Part shown: piece by piece, positions 1 through 10,744 of the stretch
How positions within the stretch are numbered: the first letter of the stretch is position 1
Layout: the number at the start of each line of letters is the position of its first letter
Assembly (NCBI GenBank): GCA_050115495.1
Contig: JASFQK010000021.1
Coordinates: forward strand, 1-64,000
DNA length: 64,000 bases
Source of the DNA: Phycisphaerae bacterium
GTDB taxonomy: Bacteria > Planctomycetota > Phycisphaerae > UBA1845 > Fen-1342
Direction: 5' to 3'
The notes under the pieces: generated by a model
The model's input: the letters and a program-made list of their open reading frames with translations, nothing else
Told to the model about the DNA's origin: nothing
Database searches by the model: none
Program-made: the position numbers and the translations under genes

Positions 1-37
1 CGATTGCACCCTTGACAACCAAAGCGCCTTTCATGAA

Positions 38-152
38 TAGGGCGGGTTTCACCCGCTGATCGCTCGGCCGCCAGGACAACGCTTGCTCCACGTCAAACGA
101 CACTGAGTAACGAACCAAACGGCGGGCGAAGCGCGGGGCGGTAACCCGCCGG
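38..152. repeat. GTAG-type REP hairpins (degenerate doublet)
   Basis: tagggcgggtttcacccgc at 38-56 and ggcgggcgaagc at ~121-132 match the REP pair at 4227-4333. Confidence 0.55.
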
Positions 153-306
153 CGACTCAGCATTTGAGAGAATCGCAAGAGCATCTTGACGGTGCGCTCC
201 GGGCCGATCCCCAGCAACCGCCGGCGAGGAAGGGATCTGGGGGAAACTGCGGAGCTGGTGCCCCCGGCATCAACCACCGACGCACGGATTCTGCGGTAGA
301 ACCTCC

Positions 307-335
307 TTCTGATACCGACGCCCGAGCGGTATAAT
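307..335 (+). promoter_or_regulatory. Putative sigma70 promoter of the CotH gene
   Basis: TTCTGA-N17-TATAAT upstream of 548; RBS aaaggag before the start. Confidence 0.45.
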
Positions 336-547
336 GTCTCCATTGACTTCTGCGCCTCGTTTAGGTTCCACGCCGGCAGACTGCTGGCAGCGAGGCCGTG
401 CGCTGGTGGAGGGGTGGTGGTTCGGGCTGGCCATGTTGCGAATGAGGCGCGGCGTGCGGTGAATTGCGCTGACTTTCCGGCGTGTTTTGCTGTGCGCTGT
501 TGTGTCGTTGCGCGAGGCAAGTACCACGCCAGAAAGGAGCATGAATC

Positions 548-3500
548 ATGGGGACACGTCATTGGCGGATGAGTATTGCGGCGCTCGCGTTCGCGGGGCT
601 GCTTGCGGCGGTCGGCCCGGCCGGCGCCGACGAACTGGTCATCACCGAGTTTCTCGCGTCGAACGACAGTGCCTTCGCCGACGAGGACGGCGACTACTCC
701 GACTGGATCGAGATATACAACACGAGCGGGGCGTCCGTCAGCCTCGCCGGCTGGTATCTCACCGACGACGAGGGAGACCTCACCAAATGGCAGTTCCCGA
801 GCGTGACACTGCCGGGCGGCAACTATCTCATCGTCTTCGCCTCTGACAAGAACCGAACCGATCCGGCGGGCGAGCTGCACACGAGCTTCAAGCTCAGCGC
901 CGACGGCGAGTATCTCGGGCTGATCCGCCCCGACGGTGTGACCGCCGCCTCCGAGTTTGCACCGTCCTTTCCGGCGCAGTTCACCGACGTGTCGTACGGC
1001 GTGCATGAGGCCGCTGGCTACTGGTATCTCGACCCGCCGACGCCCGGCACCGCGAACACGGCAAGCACGGCCTATGCCGGCGTGTCGGCGCCCATCGACT
1101 GGTCGCAGCCGGGTGGCACCTTCACCGCGCCGCTGACGCTCGAGCTGAGCGGCCCGGCGGAGGGGACGATACACTACACGCTCGACGGGACACTCCCGAC
1201 GGAGGCGTCGCCCGTCTACACCGATCCCATCATGCTGAGCGCGACGACCTGGGTGCGTGCCAGGGCCTACGAGCCCGGCTTGCTCCCCGGACCGGTCGTC
1301 AGCCAGGTGTACCTCGCGCTGGCGGCGGACGTGGCTGACTTCACGTCGAACCTGCCGCTGATCGTTGTGGACACGTTCGGCTTCGACATCGACAGTGAGT
1401 GGGACCCGTCTCAACCGCGGCCGCTGCGCCCCGCGATGGCCGTCTTCATCGACACCGGCACGAGCGGCCGGGTGGCGATCGCCGACCTGCCTGATTACAG
1501 CGGCTACGCCGGCATCCACGTGCGCGGCCACAGCTCGGCGACCATCTTCGAGAAGAAGCAGTACAAGCTCGAGACGTGGGACGAGTACGCCGACGACCTC
1601 GACGCACCGGTGCTCGGCTTCCCCGCCGACTCCGACTGGGTGATGTATGCGCCGTATTCCGACAAAACCCTGATGCGCAACGTGCTGGCCTACAAGTGGA
1701 GCAACGACATCGGCCGCTACGCTGTCCGCACGCTCTGCGTTGAGGTGTTCATGAACACCGATGGCGACGAGGTGTCGGCCAGCGACTACGCCGGCGTGTA
1801 CGTGTTCATGGAGAGCATCAAGCGCGGTAACCAGCGCGTCAACGTCACCGAGCTCAACTCGGGCGACGATGCCGAGCCCGAGATCACCGGCGGCTACATC
1901 ATCAAGAAAGACCGGCTGGACCTGGGCGAAAACGGCTTCTGGACGATGCAGCTCGGCCAGCTTGCCTACGTCGAGCCGGCGGAAGACGAGATCACCCCGC
2001 AGCAGGCCGCCTGGCTCTCGAACTGGCTTGCCGAGTTCGAGACCGTGCTGATGTCGACGGACTTCGACGACCCGGTCAACGGCTACGCGAAGTACATTGA
2101 TGTTGACTCGTTCATCGATCACCACATCCTGGTGGAGATGCTCAAGAACATCGACGGCTACAAGCTCAGCACATTCATGTACAAGGACCGCAACGGCAAA
2201 CTGAACATGGGCCCTGTCTGGGACTACAACCTCAGCACGGGGAACGCTGACTACAGCGATTATGGCATCTATACGTACCACAAGGCGACCGGCTGGTATT
2301 ACGCGACCGGCATCGGTGAGGCGTACAACTGGTATGCGCGCTTGATGCAGGATCCGGAGTTCTGCAGGCGCTACGCCGATCGCTGGTTTGCCCTGCGCAA
2401 GGGTGTGTTCTCAACCGAGCACATTCTGGCCGATATCGACGGCTACGCGGCGTTGCTGGCCGAGGCCGCCGAACGCAACTTCGACCGCTGGCAGCTCTAT
2501 GTGAATCCTGCCACCGGCCAGGAAGGCGGCTCGGGCACGCACGTCTGGACCAGCATCCTCAACGCCTACGTCTGGCCCAACTGGTACTATGGCACCCCCA
2601 ACAATCCGCATACGTATGCCATGGAGGTCGAGTGGCTCAAGACCTGGCTGGCCGGCAACGGCACAGCGCCGGGTGAGTACTCCGACCGCCTGTGGTGGTT
2701 CGATCACAATCTCGTCAGCGGTCCGCCGCCGGTGTTCAACCAGGACGGCGGCCGCGTCAGCAGTGGCTTCGTGCTGACCATGGAGAACGCCGCCGGCACG
2801 GAGGGCACCATCTACTACACGCTCGATGGCAGCGACCCGCGCATGCCCGCCCAGCCGCCGACCGTGCTCCTCCCCGAGAGCGCGACGAAGCGCGCCCTGG
2901 TGCCGACCGCCGCCGTGAGCGGCTGGACCGACCCGGCCTTCGACGACAGCGCCTGGCCCAGCGGCTCGGGTGGTGTCGGTTTCGAGCGGTCGCCGGGCGA
3001 CCCGGTGAACTACACCGACCTGATCGACTTCGACGTCGAACCGACGATGTATGGCCAGAACACCACGTGTTACATACGTATTCCCTTCACCGTCGACGGC
3101 GGCGACCTCGGCGCGCTCACCAGCCTGTCGCTCAACGTGCGCTACGACGATGCGTTCGTCGCCTACTTGAATGGACAGGAGATCGCGCGAAGTGCGTACA
3201 TCCCGTCACCGCTCCAGTGGAACTCCGCCGCCACCGGCTACCACGAGGACTCACTGGCGGTGGCACTCGAATCGTTTGACATGTCGGCCGGCCTGGGCTA
3301 CCTGGTGGCGGGCGACAACCTGCTCGCCATTCACGGGCTGAACAGCTCGAGCACGAGTTCCGATTTCCTCGTCTCCGCTGAGCTCACCGGCACCACCGCG
3401 GCCGACGACATCTCCCCGACCGCCCTGAACTACGACATCACCGGCCCGATTACGCTTACCAGCAGCGCGGACGTACGGGCCCGCACGCTCGACGGCGGCA

Positions 3501-4168
3501 ACTGGAGCGCGGCCAACGAGGCGCAATTCACGGTCGGCCCGATCACCCTGTTCATCAACGAGTTCATGGCGGACAACGAGACCACCATCCAGGACCCGGA
3601 CGAGATCGGCGAATACCCCGACTGGGTCGAGCTCTATAACCCCGGCCCATTCGCCGTCGACCTCGGCGGCATGCACCTCACCGACGATCTGGACGAGCCG
3701 ACACAGTGGCCCATCCCGGCCGGCGTGAGCATCGGCGCGGGCGAGACTCTGATCTTCTGGGCGGACGGCGACACCGGGCAGGGCCCGCTGCACGCCAGCT
3801 TCAAGCTGAGCAAGAGCGGTGAGGAAATCGGACTGTTCGACACCGCCGAGTTTGCCTACGCCGCGATCGACACCGTCGCCTTCGGCTCGCAGACCACCGA
3901 CGTCTCTGAGGGCCGATTGGCCGACGGCGCCGGCTGCTGGGTCATCTGCGACGTGCCGACACCCGGCGCCTCGAACGGGCTGCTGTTCGACGGCGAGCCG
4001 GACGGCGACGTCGACCTGGACGACTTCGACACGCTGCCCATGTGCCTCGGTGGTCCGGACGTCGGCGTCGGCGGAGCGTGCATCCACCTCGACGGCGCCT
4101 GCGACAACGACGTCGACCTGCTCGACTTCGCCGGGCTCCAGGCGGCGTTCACCGGCGCCGGCGAGTAG
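548..4168 (+). CDS. Secreted CotH kinase-family protein with lamin-tail domains, chitobiase/beta-hexosaminidase C-terminal-like repeats and dockerin-like C-terminus
   Basis: Signal peptide; LTD motifs VITEFLASN..DWIEIYN and FINEFMADN..DWVELYN; IHYTLDG/IYYTLDGSDP repeats; CotH motifs RGHSS, DKTLMRN, GPVWDYNLS; DGDVDLDDF tail. Confidence 0.85.
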   Translation: MGTRHWRMSIAALAFAGLLAAVGPAGADELVITEFLASNDSAFADEDGDYSDWIEIYNTSGASVSLAGWYLTDDEGDLTKWQFPSVTLPGGNYLIVFASDKNRTDPAGELHTSFKLSADGEYLGLIRPDGVTAASEFAPSFPAQFTDVSYGVHEAAGYWYLDPPTPGTANTASTAYAGVSAPIDWSQPGGTFTAPLTLELSGPAEGTIHYTLDGTLPTEASPVYTDPIMLSATTWVRARAYEPGLLPGPVVSQVYLALAADVADFTSNLPLIVVDTFGFDIDSEWDPSQPRPLRPAMAVFIDTGTSGRVAIADLPDYSGYAGIHVRGHSSATIFEKKQYKLETWDEYADDLDAPVLGFPADSDWVMYAPYSDKTLMRNVLAYKWSNDIGRYAVRTLCVEVFMNTDGDEVSASDYAGVYVFMESIKRGNQRVNVTELNSGDDAEPEITGGYIIKKDRLDLGENGFWTMQLGQLAYVEPAEDEITPQQAAWLSNWLAEFETVLMSTDFDDPVNGYAKYIDVDSFIDHHILVEMLKNIDGYKLSTFMYKDRNGKLNMGPVWDYNLSTGNADYSDYGIYTYHKATGWYYATGIGEAYNWYARLMQDPEFCRRYADRWFALRKGVFSTEHILADIDGYAALLAEAAERNFDRWQLYVNPATGQEGGSGTHVWTSILNAYVWPNWYYGTPNNPHTYAMEVEWLKTWLAGNGTAPGEYSDRLWWFDHNLVSGPPPVFNQDGGRVSSGFVLTMENAAGTEGTIYYTLDGSDPRMPAQPPTVLLPESATKRALVPTAAVSGWTDPAFDDSAWPSGSGGVGFERSPGDPVNYTDLIDFDVEPTMYGQNTTCYIRIPFTVDGGDLGALTSLSLNVRYDDAFVAYLNGQEIARSAYIPSPLQWNSAATGYHEDSLAVALESFDMSAGLGYLVAGDNLLAIHGLNSSSTSSDFLVSAELTGTTAADDISPTALNYDITGPITLTSSADVRARTLDGGNWSAANEAQFTVGPITLFINEFMADNETTIQDPDEIGEYPDWVELYNPGPFAVDLGGMHLTDDLDEPTQWPIPAGVSIGAGETLIFWADGDTGQGPLHASFKLSKSGEEIGLFDTAEFAYAAIDTVAFGSQTTDVSEGRLADGAGCWVICDVPTPGASNGLLFDGEPDGDVDLDDFDTLPMCLGGPDVGVGGACIHLDGACDNDVDLLDFAGLQAAFTGAGE

Positions 4169-4226
4169 AACCCGGCCCACAATCCCTCTCCCCCTTGGGG
4201 GAGAGGGTGGAGCACGCAGAGCGGGC

Positions 4227-4333
4227 GTAGTGCGGGTTTCACCCGCCGCATCGTCGACGGCCAAGAGACGCCACCGACGAAGGACCAGCGTCAGTCGGCA
4301 ATCCGCGTGATCGGCGGGCGAAGCTCACCCTAC
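4227..4333. repeat. GTAG-type REP inverted doublet
   Basis: gtagtgcgggtttcacccgccg ... cggcgggcgaagctcaccctac. Confidence 0.7.
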
Positions 4334-4445
4334 AGCCTGCCGCTAATCGCTCCCACCCAGGGGACCGCTCACCTCAGCGGCGCTTGCCAAGGCCGCCTCG
4401 GCCCGCCATAGTGCCGCGGAGCCGCTGCGACCCCTGGAGCCCGAC

Positions 4446-5279
4446 ATGCACATCCGCATCGCCCACAGCCCCGACCCCGACGATGCCTTCATGTTCTACG
4501 GCCTGTCCTCCGGCGGCGTGGACCCCGGCCCCTACCGCTTCGCCCACTTCCTCGAGGACATCCAGTCGCTCAACGAGCGGGCCGTTCGCGGTGAATACGA
4601 AGTCACCGCCATCAGCATGCACGCCTACCCGTACGTGAAGGACCGCTACGCCCTGATGGCCTGCGGGAGCAGCATGGGCGATAAGTACGGGCCGATGATC
4701 GTGACCCGCGAGCCGCTCAGCATCGACGACCTGCGCGGGCGGACCATCGCCGTCCCGGGCAAGATGACGACCGCCTACCTCGTCCTGCAACTCATGCTCG
4801 GCCCGGACAACTTCACGCCGCAGGTCGTCATGTTCGACCAGATTCCCGCTGAGGTCGCCGCCGGCAACGTCGACGCCGGCGTGCTCATCCACGAGGGACA
4901 ACTGACCTACGGCCAGCTCGGGCTGCACAAGGTGGTCGATTTCGGCGTGTGGTGGCACGAGCGGACCGGCCTGCCGCTGCCCCTGGGCGGCAACGTCATT
5001 CGCCGGGACCTGGGCCCGGACACCTCGCGCGAGGTCGTCGGATTGATTCGCCAGAGCATCCAGTATGCCCTCGACCACCGCGAAGACGCCGTCCGCTACG
5101 CCCTGCAATTCGGACGCGGCCTGGACGTCGAACTCGCCGACCAGTTCGTCGGCATGTACGTGAACGCCTGGACGCTCGACTACGGCCCGCGCGGGCGTGA
5201 CGCCGTTCAGCGGCTGCTCTCCGAAGCCGCCGCCGCCGGCCTCGTCCCCGATCCCGGTGTGATCGAGTTCGTCGAATAG
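4446..5279 (+). CDS. mqnD: 1,4-dihydroxy-6-naphthoate synthase (MqnA/MqnD family, futalosine pathway)
   Basis: HSPDPDDAFMFY, DIQSLN, IHEGQLTY, LPLPLGG, FVGMYVN motifs. Confidence 0.85.
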   Translation: MHIRIAHSPDPDDAFMFYGLSSGGVDPGPYRFAHFLEDIQSLNERAVRGEYEVTAISMHAYPYVKDRYALMACGSSMGDKYGPMIVTREPLSIDDLRGRTIAVPGKMTTAYLVLQLMLGPDNFTPQVVMFDQIPAEVAAGNVDAGVLIHEGQLTYGQLGLHKVVDFGVWWHERTGLPLPLGGNVIRRDLGPDTSREVVGLIRQSIQYALDHREDAVRYALQFGRGLDVELADQFVGMYVNAWTLDYGPRGRDAVQRLLSEAAAAGLVPDPGVIEFVE

Positions 5280-5366
5280 CCGCAGCGCCGCCGTCGCCCG
5301 CTATAATGCCCTCCCGGCGTGCGGCCGCGCGGTCCGCACCCTCCCCCGACCGCAGGAGCAACCCGC

Positions 5367-6251
5367 ATGATTGGACTGATCGGCGGCACCGGCCTGGGCG
5401 AAGCCCTCTTCGGCGAAACCACCGGCACCGAGCACAATATCGACACGCCCTTCGGCCGGCCCAGCGGCCCCGTGCGCATCGTCAACTGGCACGGGCTCGA
5501 CGTCGCTCTGCTGGCCCGGCACGGCGACGGCCACCTGCTCAACCCGTCGCGCGTGCCCTACCGGGCGAATATCTACGCCCTGAAAACGCTCGGCGTGACG
5601 CACATCCTGGCCAGCGGGGCCGTCGGCTCGCTGCGCGAGGAGTTGCGGCCGCGACAACTCGTCATCGTCGACCAGCTCATCGACAAGACGAACGGCCGGC
5701 CCTCGACCTTCTTCGACGACGGCCTCGCCGTACATGTCGAGTTCGCCGAGCCCTTCTGCCCCGATCTGCGCAAGCTGCTGCTGTCGGTCAGCGACGCCTC
5801 GCCCGAGACGGTGCACCCGCAGGGCACGTACGTCTGCATGGAGGGACCGGCGTTCAGCACGCAGGCCGAGTCGCGCATGCACCGCACCTGGGGCGGCGAC
5901 CTGATCGGCATGACCGCCCTGCCCGAAGCCCGCCTCGCCCGCGAAGCGGAGATCTCGTACGCCCTCGTCGCCCTGGTCACCGACTACGACTGCTGGCGCC
6001 CGCACGAGCCCGGCATGGACAAGCAGAAGCTGCTCGAAGAAATCATCGGCCACCTCAACGCCGCCACGGCGAACGCGGTCGCCCTGTTGCGAGCCGCCGT
6101 CGCCGCCTTTGCCCACCAGCCGCTGGGCATTTCCGCGGCGCATCGGGCACTGGAGTTGGCGGTCTGGTCGGATCGTGCGAAGATACCGGCGAAGGTGGTC
6201 GAGAAATACGGCCCGCTGCTGGCGCGGACGTTCGCGGCCAAGGGTAAGTAG
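5367..6251 (+). CDS. mtnP: S-methyl-5'-thioadenosine phosphorylase
   Basis: IGLIGGTG, TPFG.PS, ARHG, YRANIYALK, EGPAFST.AES, GMT..PEA.LAREAEI, VTDYDCW; RBS aggag. Confidence 0.9.
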   Translation: MIGLIGGTGLGEALFGETTGTEHNIDTPFGRPSGPVRIVNWHGLDVALLARHGDGHLLNPSRVPYRANIYALKTLGVTHILASGAVGSLREELRPRQLVIVDQLIDKTNGRPSTFFDDGLAVHVEFAEPFCPDLRKLLLSVSDASPETVHPQGTYVCMEGPAFSTQAESRMHRTWGGDLIGMTALPEARLAREAEISYALVALVTDYDCWRPHEPGMDKQKLLEEIIGHLNAATANAVALLRAAVAAFAHQPLGISAAHRALELAVWSDRAKIPAKVVEKYGPLLARTFAAKGK

Positions 6252-6302
6252 GGAAAGAAGCCGGGGCCGTCGTGCCCCGCCGCGCGAGACGGAGCGCCAG
6301 GG

Positions 6303-8069
6303 ATGGGCAGGTACACTGCCGTGAGTCGTCGACCAGGGACAGGTCGTGAATGGATCATCGCCCCGCCGCACCCGGACCGCGAGCGTCTGGCAGGTGAGGC
6401 GGGCATCGCCCCCCTTCTCGCGCAAGTCCTGCTGAACCGTGGCGTGGAAACCGCCGGCGATGTTCGCAGATTTCTCACGCCCGATTTCAAAGAGCTGCTG
6501 CCGCCGAGCGAACTGCCCGGAGCGGTTGCGGCGGGGCAACGTCTGGCCCAGGCTGTGCGTGACCGCCAGCGCGTCGTCATCTACGGCGATTACGACGTAG
6601 ACGGCGTGACGGCCACGACCATCCTCTGGCACGCGTTGCGCTTGGCCGGCGGCGAAGCCTCATTCTACGTACCGAGCCGGCTCGAAGAGGGCTACGGCGT
6701 CAACGCCGAGGCGATTCAGAAGATCGCCGCCGACGGACCGGCGCTCGTCATCACCGTCGATTGCGGCATCACCGCCGTCGAAGAGGCCGAACTCGCCCGC
6801 AGCCTCGGCCTCGAGATGATCATCACCGACCACCACCAGCCGGGACCGGCGTTGCCGAAGGCGACGGCCATCGTCCATCCGACCGCGTGCGGCGCATCGC
6901 CGAACCCGGACCTGTCCGGCGCCGGCGTGGCGCTCAAGATCGCCTGGGCCCTGGCGGCGGAGCTGTCGCCGGGACACCGCGTCACGCCGGCGTTCCGCGA
7001 GTTTCTGCTCGAAGCGACCGCCCTGGCAGCGCTCGGGCTGGTGGCCGACATCGTGCCCATGGTAGGCGAGAATCGGCTGATCGCCTCGTTCGGTCTGAAG
7101 CAGCTCTGCCACACGACGAACGTCGGTCTGCGGGCCCTGCTCGAAGTGTCGGGCCTGACCGGCAAAAAGTCCTACGACGACTACGACGTGGGCTTTATGC
7201 TCGCCCCGCGGCTGAACGCCATCGGCCGGCTCGGCCACGCCCGGCTCGCCGTCGAGCTGTTCACGCGGGCCGGTGAGGAGCGGGCTCGCGAGATCGCCGC
7301 CACGCTCGACGCCCACAACCGCAAGCGGCAGGAGGTCGAGCGGGGCATCGTCAAGCAGGCCGAAGCCCTCGTCGAAGAGCGCGGCTTCCACCGCGACAGT
7401 TGCCACGGCATCGTCCTGGCCAGCGAGGAGTGGCATCCCGGCGTGATCGGCATCGTCGCCTCGCGCCTGGTTAACCGCTTCCACCGCCCCACCGTGCTCA
7501 TCGCCCTCGACAACGGCGTCGGGCAGGGCTCCGGCCGCAGCGTGCCGAACTTCCCGCTCCACGATGTGCTGGCCGCTTGCGGCGATCATCTGCTCAGCCA
7601 CGGCGGGCATGCGATGGCGGCGGGTGTACGGTTGCGTGCAGACCAGGTCGAGCCGTTCACGCAAGCGTTCCTCGCCCAGGCCGGCAGTCGGCTCACGCCG
7701 AAGGACCTGCGTCCGCGACTGCACCTGGATGATGAGGTGCGGCTTGACGAACTCACCACGGACGTGGTCGATCATCTGCTGCGGCTGGCACCGCACGGCC
7801 CGGGAAACACCGCCCCCTGCCTGGCGACCACGGACGTGGAACTGGTCGAACCGCCACGTGTAGTCGGCCGCGCCGGCAACCACGTGCAGTTGCGCATCCG
7901 CCAGGGCAACACGTACCGCAAGGCGATCGCCTTCGGCTTCGGCGCACAAGCCGACGACCTCGCCGAGCAGCGTGCTCTGCGTCTGGCCTTCGAACCGATC
8001 ATCAACGAATGGAACGGCCGCCGCTCAGTCGAACTCCGTGTAGTCGACTGGCAGCCCGCCGACGCATAA
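6303..8069 (+). CDS. recJ: Single-stranded DNA-specific exonuclease RecJ
   Basis: YGDYDVDG, TVDCGI, TDHH, APRLNAIGRL, HPGVIGIVASRL, GGHAMAAG; start may be GTG at 6321. Confidence 0.95.
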   Translation: MGRYTAVSRRPGTGREWIIAPPHPDRERLAGEAGIAPLLAQVLLNRGVETAGDVRRFLTPDFKELLPPSELPGAVAAGQRLAQAVRDRQRVVIYGDYDVDGVTATTILWHALRLAGGEASFYVPSRLEEGYGVNAEAIQKIAADGPALVITVDCGITAVEEAELARSLGLEMIITDHHQPGPALPKATAIVHPTACGASPNPDLSGAGVALKIAWALAAELSPGHRVTPAFREFLLEATALAALGLVADIVPMVGENRLIASFGLKQLCHTTNVGLRALLEVSGLTGKKSYDDYDVGFMLAPRLNAIGRLGHARLAVELFTRAGEERAREIAATLDAHNRKRQEVERGIVKQAEALVEERGFHRDSCHGIVLASEEWHPGVIGIVASRLVNRFHRPTVLIALDNGVGQGSGRSVPNFPLHDVLAACGDHLLSHGGHAMAAGVRLRADQVEPFTQAFLAQAGSRLTPKDLRPRLHLDDEVRLDELTTDVVDHLLRLAPHGPGNTAPCLATTDVELVEPPRVVGRAGNHVQLRIRQGNTYRKAIAFGFGAQADDLAEQRALRLAFEPIINEWNGRRSVELRVVDWQPADA

Positions 8070-8088
8070 CCCCCGCCCAATCGAACCG

Positions 8089-8225
8089 CACTGCTCAAGA
8101 GCACTGGTACACCGCAGGCTTATCGAGTGTGTGGCCCCGTTGAAACCCCGGCACGTCGAGCAACGCCGGACGCGCGACTCTTCCCCCTTTGCCCCTCTGT
8201 TCCTTTGCCCCTTCGCCCCTCTCCT
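8089..8225. repeat. GTGG-type REP hairpin plus degenerate 8-mer tandem repeat
   Basis: cactgctcaagagcactggtacac (8089-8112) and ttgcccct-like units at ~8180-8225 between convergent genes. Confidence 0.55.
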
Positions 8226-9088
8226 CAAAACGTAAAATCACGCTCAGTGAACTTGGGATTGAGCTCGACCTTAGTAAACACGTACCGCCCGAGCAGCTTC
8301 TTGCCTTCGCGGTCGGCGTACGTTTCGACCGCGACGGGCAGGAGCCACCCCTGGTCGAGGTGCAGGACGAGCTTGGCGTCGGGATAGGGGCCGTCTTCAC
8401 CGGTGTAGGGCAGGTAGCGCTCGATGACGAACGTCGGCCGGCCGTCGACGCGGGCCGTGCCGCTGTAGTTCAACTCGAGGTCGCCGTTTTTCTGCGCGAG
8501 GGTGGTATAGCGCTCCATCAGGGCGAACGTCGGGCCGAAGCCGCATTCGTCGATCGAGCGGCGGCTGGCCTTGCGGGCCCGCTCGCCGTGGATGGGCATG
8601 AAGATGTCGGTGACGAACAGACGCACGATCGCGCCGGCCGGCTCGATGCGGGCGAGACGATTGCCGTCGGCGTCGGTGTACTCCGGATCGGTTTTGAACA
8701 GCGCCCGCTTAACCTCGTTGGCGTTCTGCTGCCAGAGCATGTAGATGGCCAGCGGGTCACGCCGGACGCGCACCTCGACCTGCTCCACCTCGGTCAGCTC
8801 GTCGTCAATCCGCTCCTGCTTCACGAGCACGCAGCGGTAGCTCTTCACCTCGCGCTCGAAGCGCTCGCGGGCCCGCCGCACCAAGGCAACCGGATCGCGC
8901 TCGGCGAGCTCGGCCAACTGGTCGTTGCTGACCGCTTCGGTTGCCGCCGCCTCGCCGGCGTACGAAACCGGTACCGCCACCGGCCCGCGCGCCACCTTCG
9001 GCAGGCGCACGCCGAGCCAGAGCAGAGGCGGAGCCAGCACGATGATGATCGCGGTTACGTAAAGGACGCCGCGTCGGGTTGGTGTCAC
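8225..9088 (-). CDS. DUF1571 domain-containing protein
   Basis: N-terminal TM; Y.C.LVKQERI..EL...EQ.EV.VR..PL.IYM.W; SRRSI.E.GFG; Y.FT.VELNP.FTE.DF. Confidence 0.75.
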   Translation of the reverse strand: MTPTRRGVLYVTAIIIVLAPPLLWLGVRLPKVARGPVAVPVSYAGEAAATEAVSNDQLAELAERDPVALVRRARERFEREVKSYRCVLVKQERIDDELTEVEQVEVRVRRDPLAIYMLWQQNANEVKRALFKTDPEYTDADGNRLARIEPAGAIVRLFVTDIFMPIHGERARKASRRSIDECGFGPTFALMERYTTLAQKNGDLELNYSGTARVDGRPTFVIERYLPYTGEDGPYPDAKLVLHLDQGWLLPVAVETYADREGKKLLGRYVFTKVELNPKFTERDFTF

Positions 9089-9222
9089 AGATTACTCCAG
9101 GACGAGGGCGATCGAAAATCAAAGGTCCTTAATGAAGATCGTCACCGCGCCGGGACAATCTTCAGGGCCGTGTCGTCCCGCGCCCTTTCCGTACCCTCAC
9201 GACTCGTAGGAATTCTATGAGC

Positions 9223-10140
9223 TTATACGGGGTTCGGCAAGTCTTGATTGCACCCGCCGGGAGGCGTACCGGAGATTCCGACCGCGGCCGTCGCCTGCGA
9301 CCAGGACCGCAGCGCCGTCTCGAAATCGCCGACATCCTCCTCGAATTCCAGCGTATGGTCGGCTTGCGCAAACGTATGCACTTGCGGCGGATCCCGCGAA
9401 ATCCGCCGCAGCCACGCCTCGGTGGGCTCGTTGCGGATGATCGCGTCCCGTTCTGCGAGGAGCAGCGTCGTCGGCACCGCGAGCGTCGCTGTCGCCGTTC
9501 GGCGGAGCTCGCGATCCAGTTGGCGTGAGAAATACAGAAATCGTGCCGTAACCCGCTCGATTTTGGCCGGATCGTCGGCGATGAACTGCCGGCCGAGCGG
9601 ATTCGCCGTGAACAGAGCCGGATCGTTCAGCGGAATATCGAACAGTCCCCCACCGCCGCGCAGCAATGACAGACCCACGCGGCACTTCGCCCACGAGCCC
9701 AGGTCCACCGCGGGAAACAGCCCGGGGGCGATAAGCAGCAGGCCGGCGACGCGCTCCGGCTGGCGCAGCGCCCACGCGACCGCCGGCTTGCCGCCCCAAC
9801 TCACGCCCACCACGCCCAAACGCGTGACGCCCCATTCCCGCTGAGCCCACTCTGCCAAGTCGTCGATGTCGCTAAGCCACGTGTCGGCGGACGGCGTGTC
9901 GCCGCGAGCGGCTTCGTTCATCCCACTGCCGCGCCGATCCGGGAGCAGCACCGGGCAGCCCGTCTCGGCGAGCAGCGCCGCCGACCACGCATACCAGCCA
10001 CCGTGCGACTGAATGCCGTGCAGGTACAGGAAACCGACGTCTCCGCCGGGTGAGCGTGGCGGCCACATGCGACCGCGCAGCGCATAGCCGTCAGCCGTAG
10101 TCCACGCGTGTGTTTCGGGCGATACGGCGGGGATCCGCAT
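9223..10140 (-). CDS. Alpha/beta hydrolase (lysophospholipase-like)
   Basis: LHGIQSHGGW, DRRGSG, GVSWGG nucleophile elbow, D and H of the triad (HTLEFE). Confidence 0.85.
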   Translation of the reverse strand: MRIPAVSPETHAWTTADGYALRGRMWPPRSPGGDVGFLYLHGIQSHGGWYAWSAALLAETGCPVLLPDRRGSGMNEAARGDTPSADTWLSDIDDLAEWAQREWGVTRLGVVGVSWGGKPAVAWALRQPERVAGLLLIAPGLFPAVDLGSWAKCRVGLSLLRGGGGLFDIPLNDPALFTANPLGRQFIADDPAKIERVTARFLYFSRQLDRELRRTATATLAVPTTLLLAERDAIIRNEPTEAWLRRISRDPPQVHTFAQADHTLEFEEDVGDFETALRSWSQATAAVGISGTPPGGCNQDLPNPV

Positions 10141-10149
10141 CGGCCGCCC

Positions 10150-10614
10150 CTAGAGCTCATGCTGGGCGAGGATGCGGAACTTCTTGAGCGCAAGGACCTT
10201 GACCGCCTGGGGCAGGTTATCGACTTGAAGGGCGAGACAGGGCACCGAGGCCTTCGTGGCCCAGACGGTGTAGGCATAGTTGATGCTGAGCTCGCCCGCC
10301 AGCAGACCGGTGCAGAGCGTGGTGAGGCCGCGTTTGCCCGGGGGCAGCTCGACGACCAGTATCTCGCTCTGGGCCACCGCTAAGCCGGCGCCCACGCAAA
10401 TCTCATGCGCCGTGTCGGCGTCGTCCACCAGCAGCCGGAGAACGGCACAATCGACCTTGCCTTCGAGCGACAAGCCGAGGATGCGGATCGGCTCGGTCGC
10501 CAGCAACCGCAGCACGCGCAAAAGTTGCCCGACCTGGTTCTCCAGGAAGACGCTGAGTTGCTGGCAAGCGGCGTGCTCGGCCCCCTCCGCCGTCTGTAGA
10601 GGCTCAGTGCTCAT
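10150..10614 (-). CDS. ACT domain-containing protein
   Basis: QLSVFLENQVGQL, tandem ACT folds, SINYAY. Confidence 0.8.
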   Translation of the reverse strand: MSTEPLQTAEGAEHAACQQLSVFLENQVGQLLRVLRLLATEPIRILGLSLEGKVDCAVLRLLVDDADTAHEICVGAGLAVAQSEILVVELPPGKRGLTTLCTGLLAGELSINYAYTVWATKASVPCLALQVDNLPQAVKVLALKKFRILAQHEL

Positions 10615-10744
10615 CGAGTTCCCGGTAGTGCCCTGCGTGCGGTTCGACTGGACGGGTGCCGCGAACGTAGGTTAGCTTTGTCGGCGGCGGCTGTACAGTG
10701 AAAAATGCGCGTGCGAGCCGCAGACGTGGCGGAGGTTAAACGCC

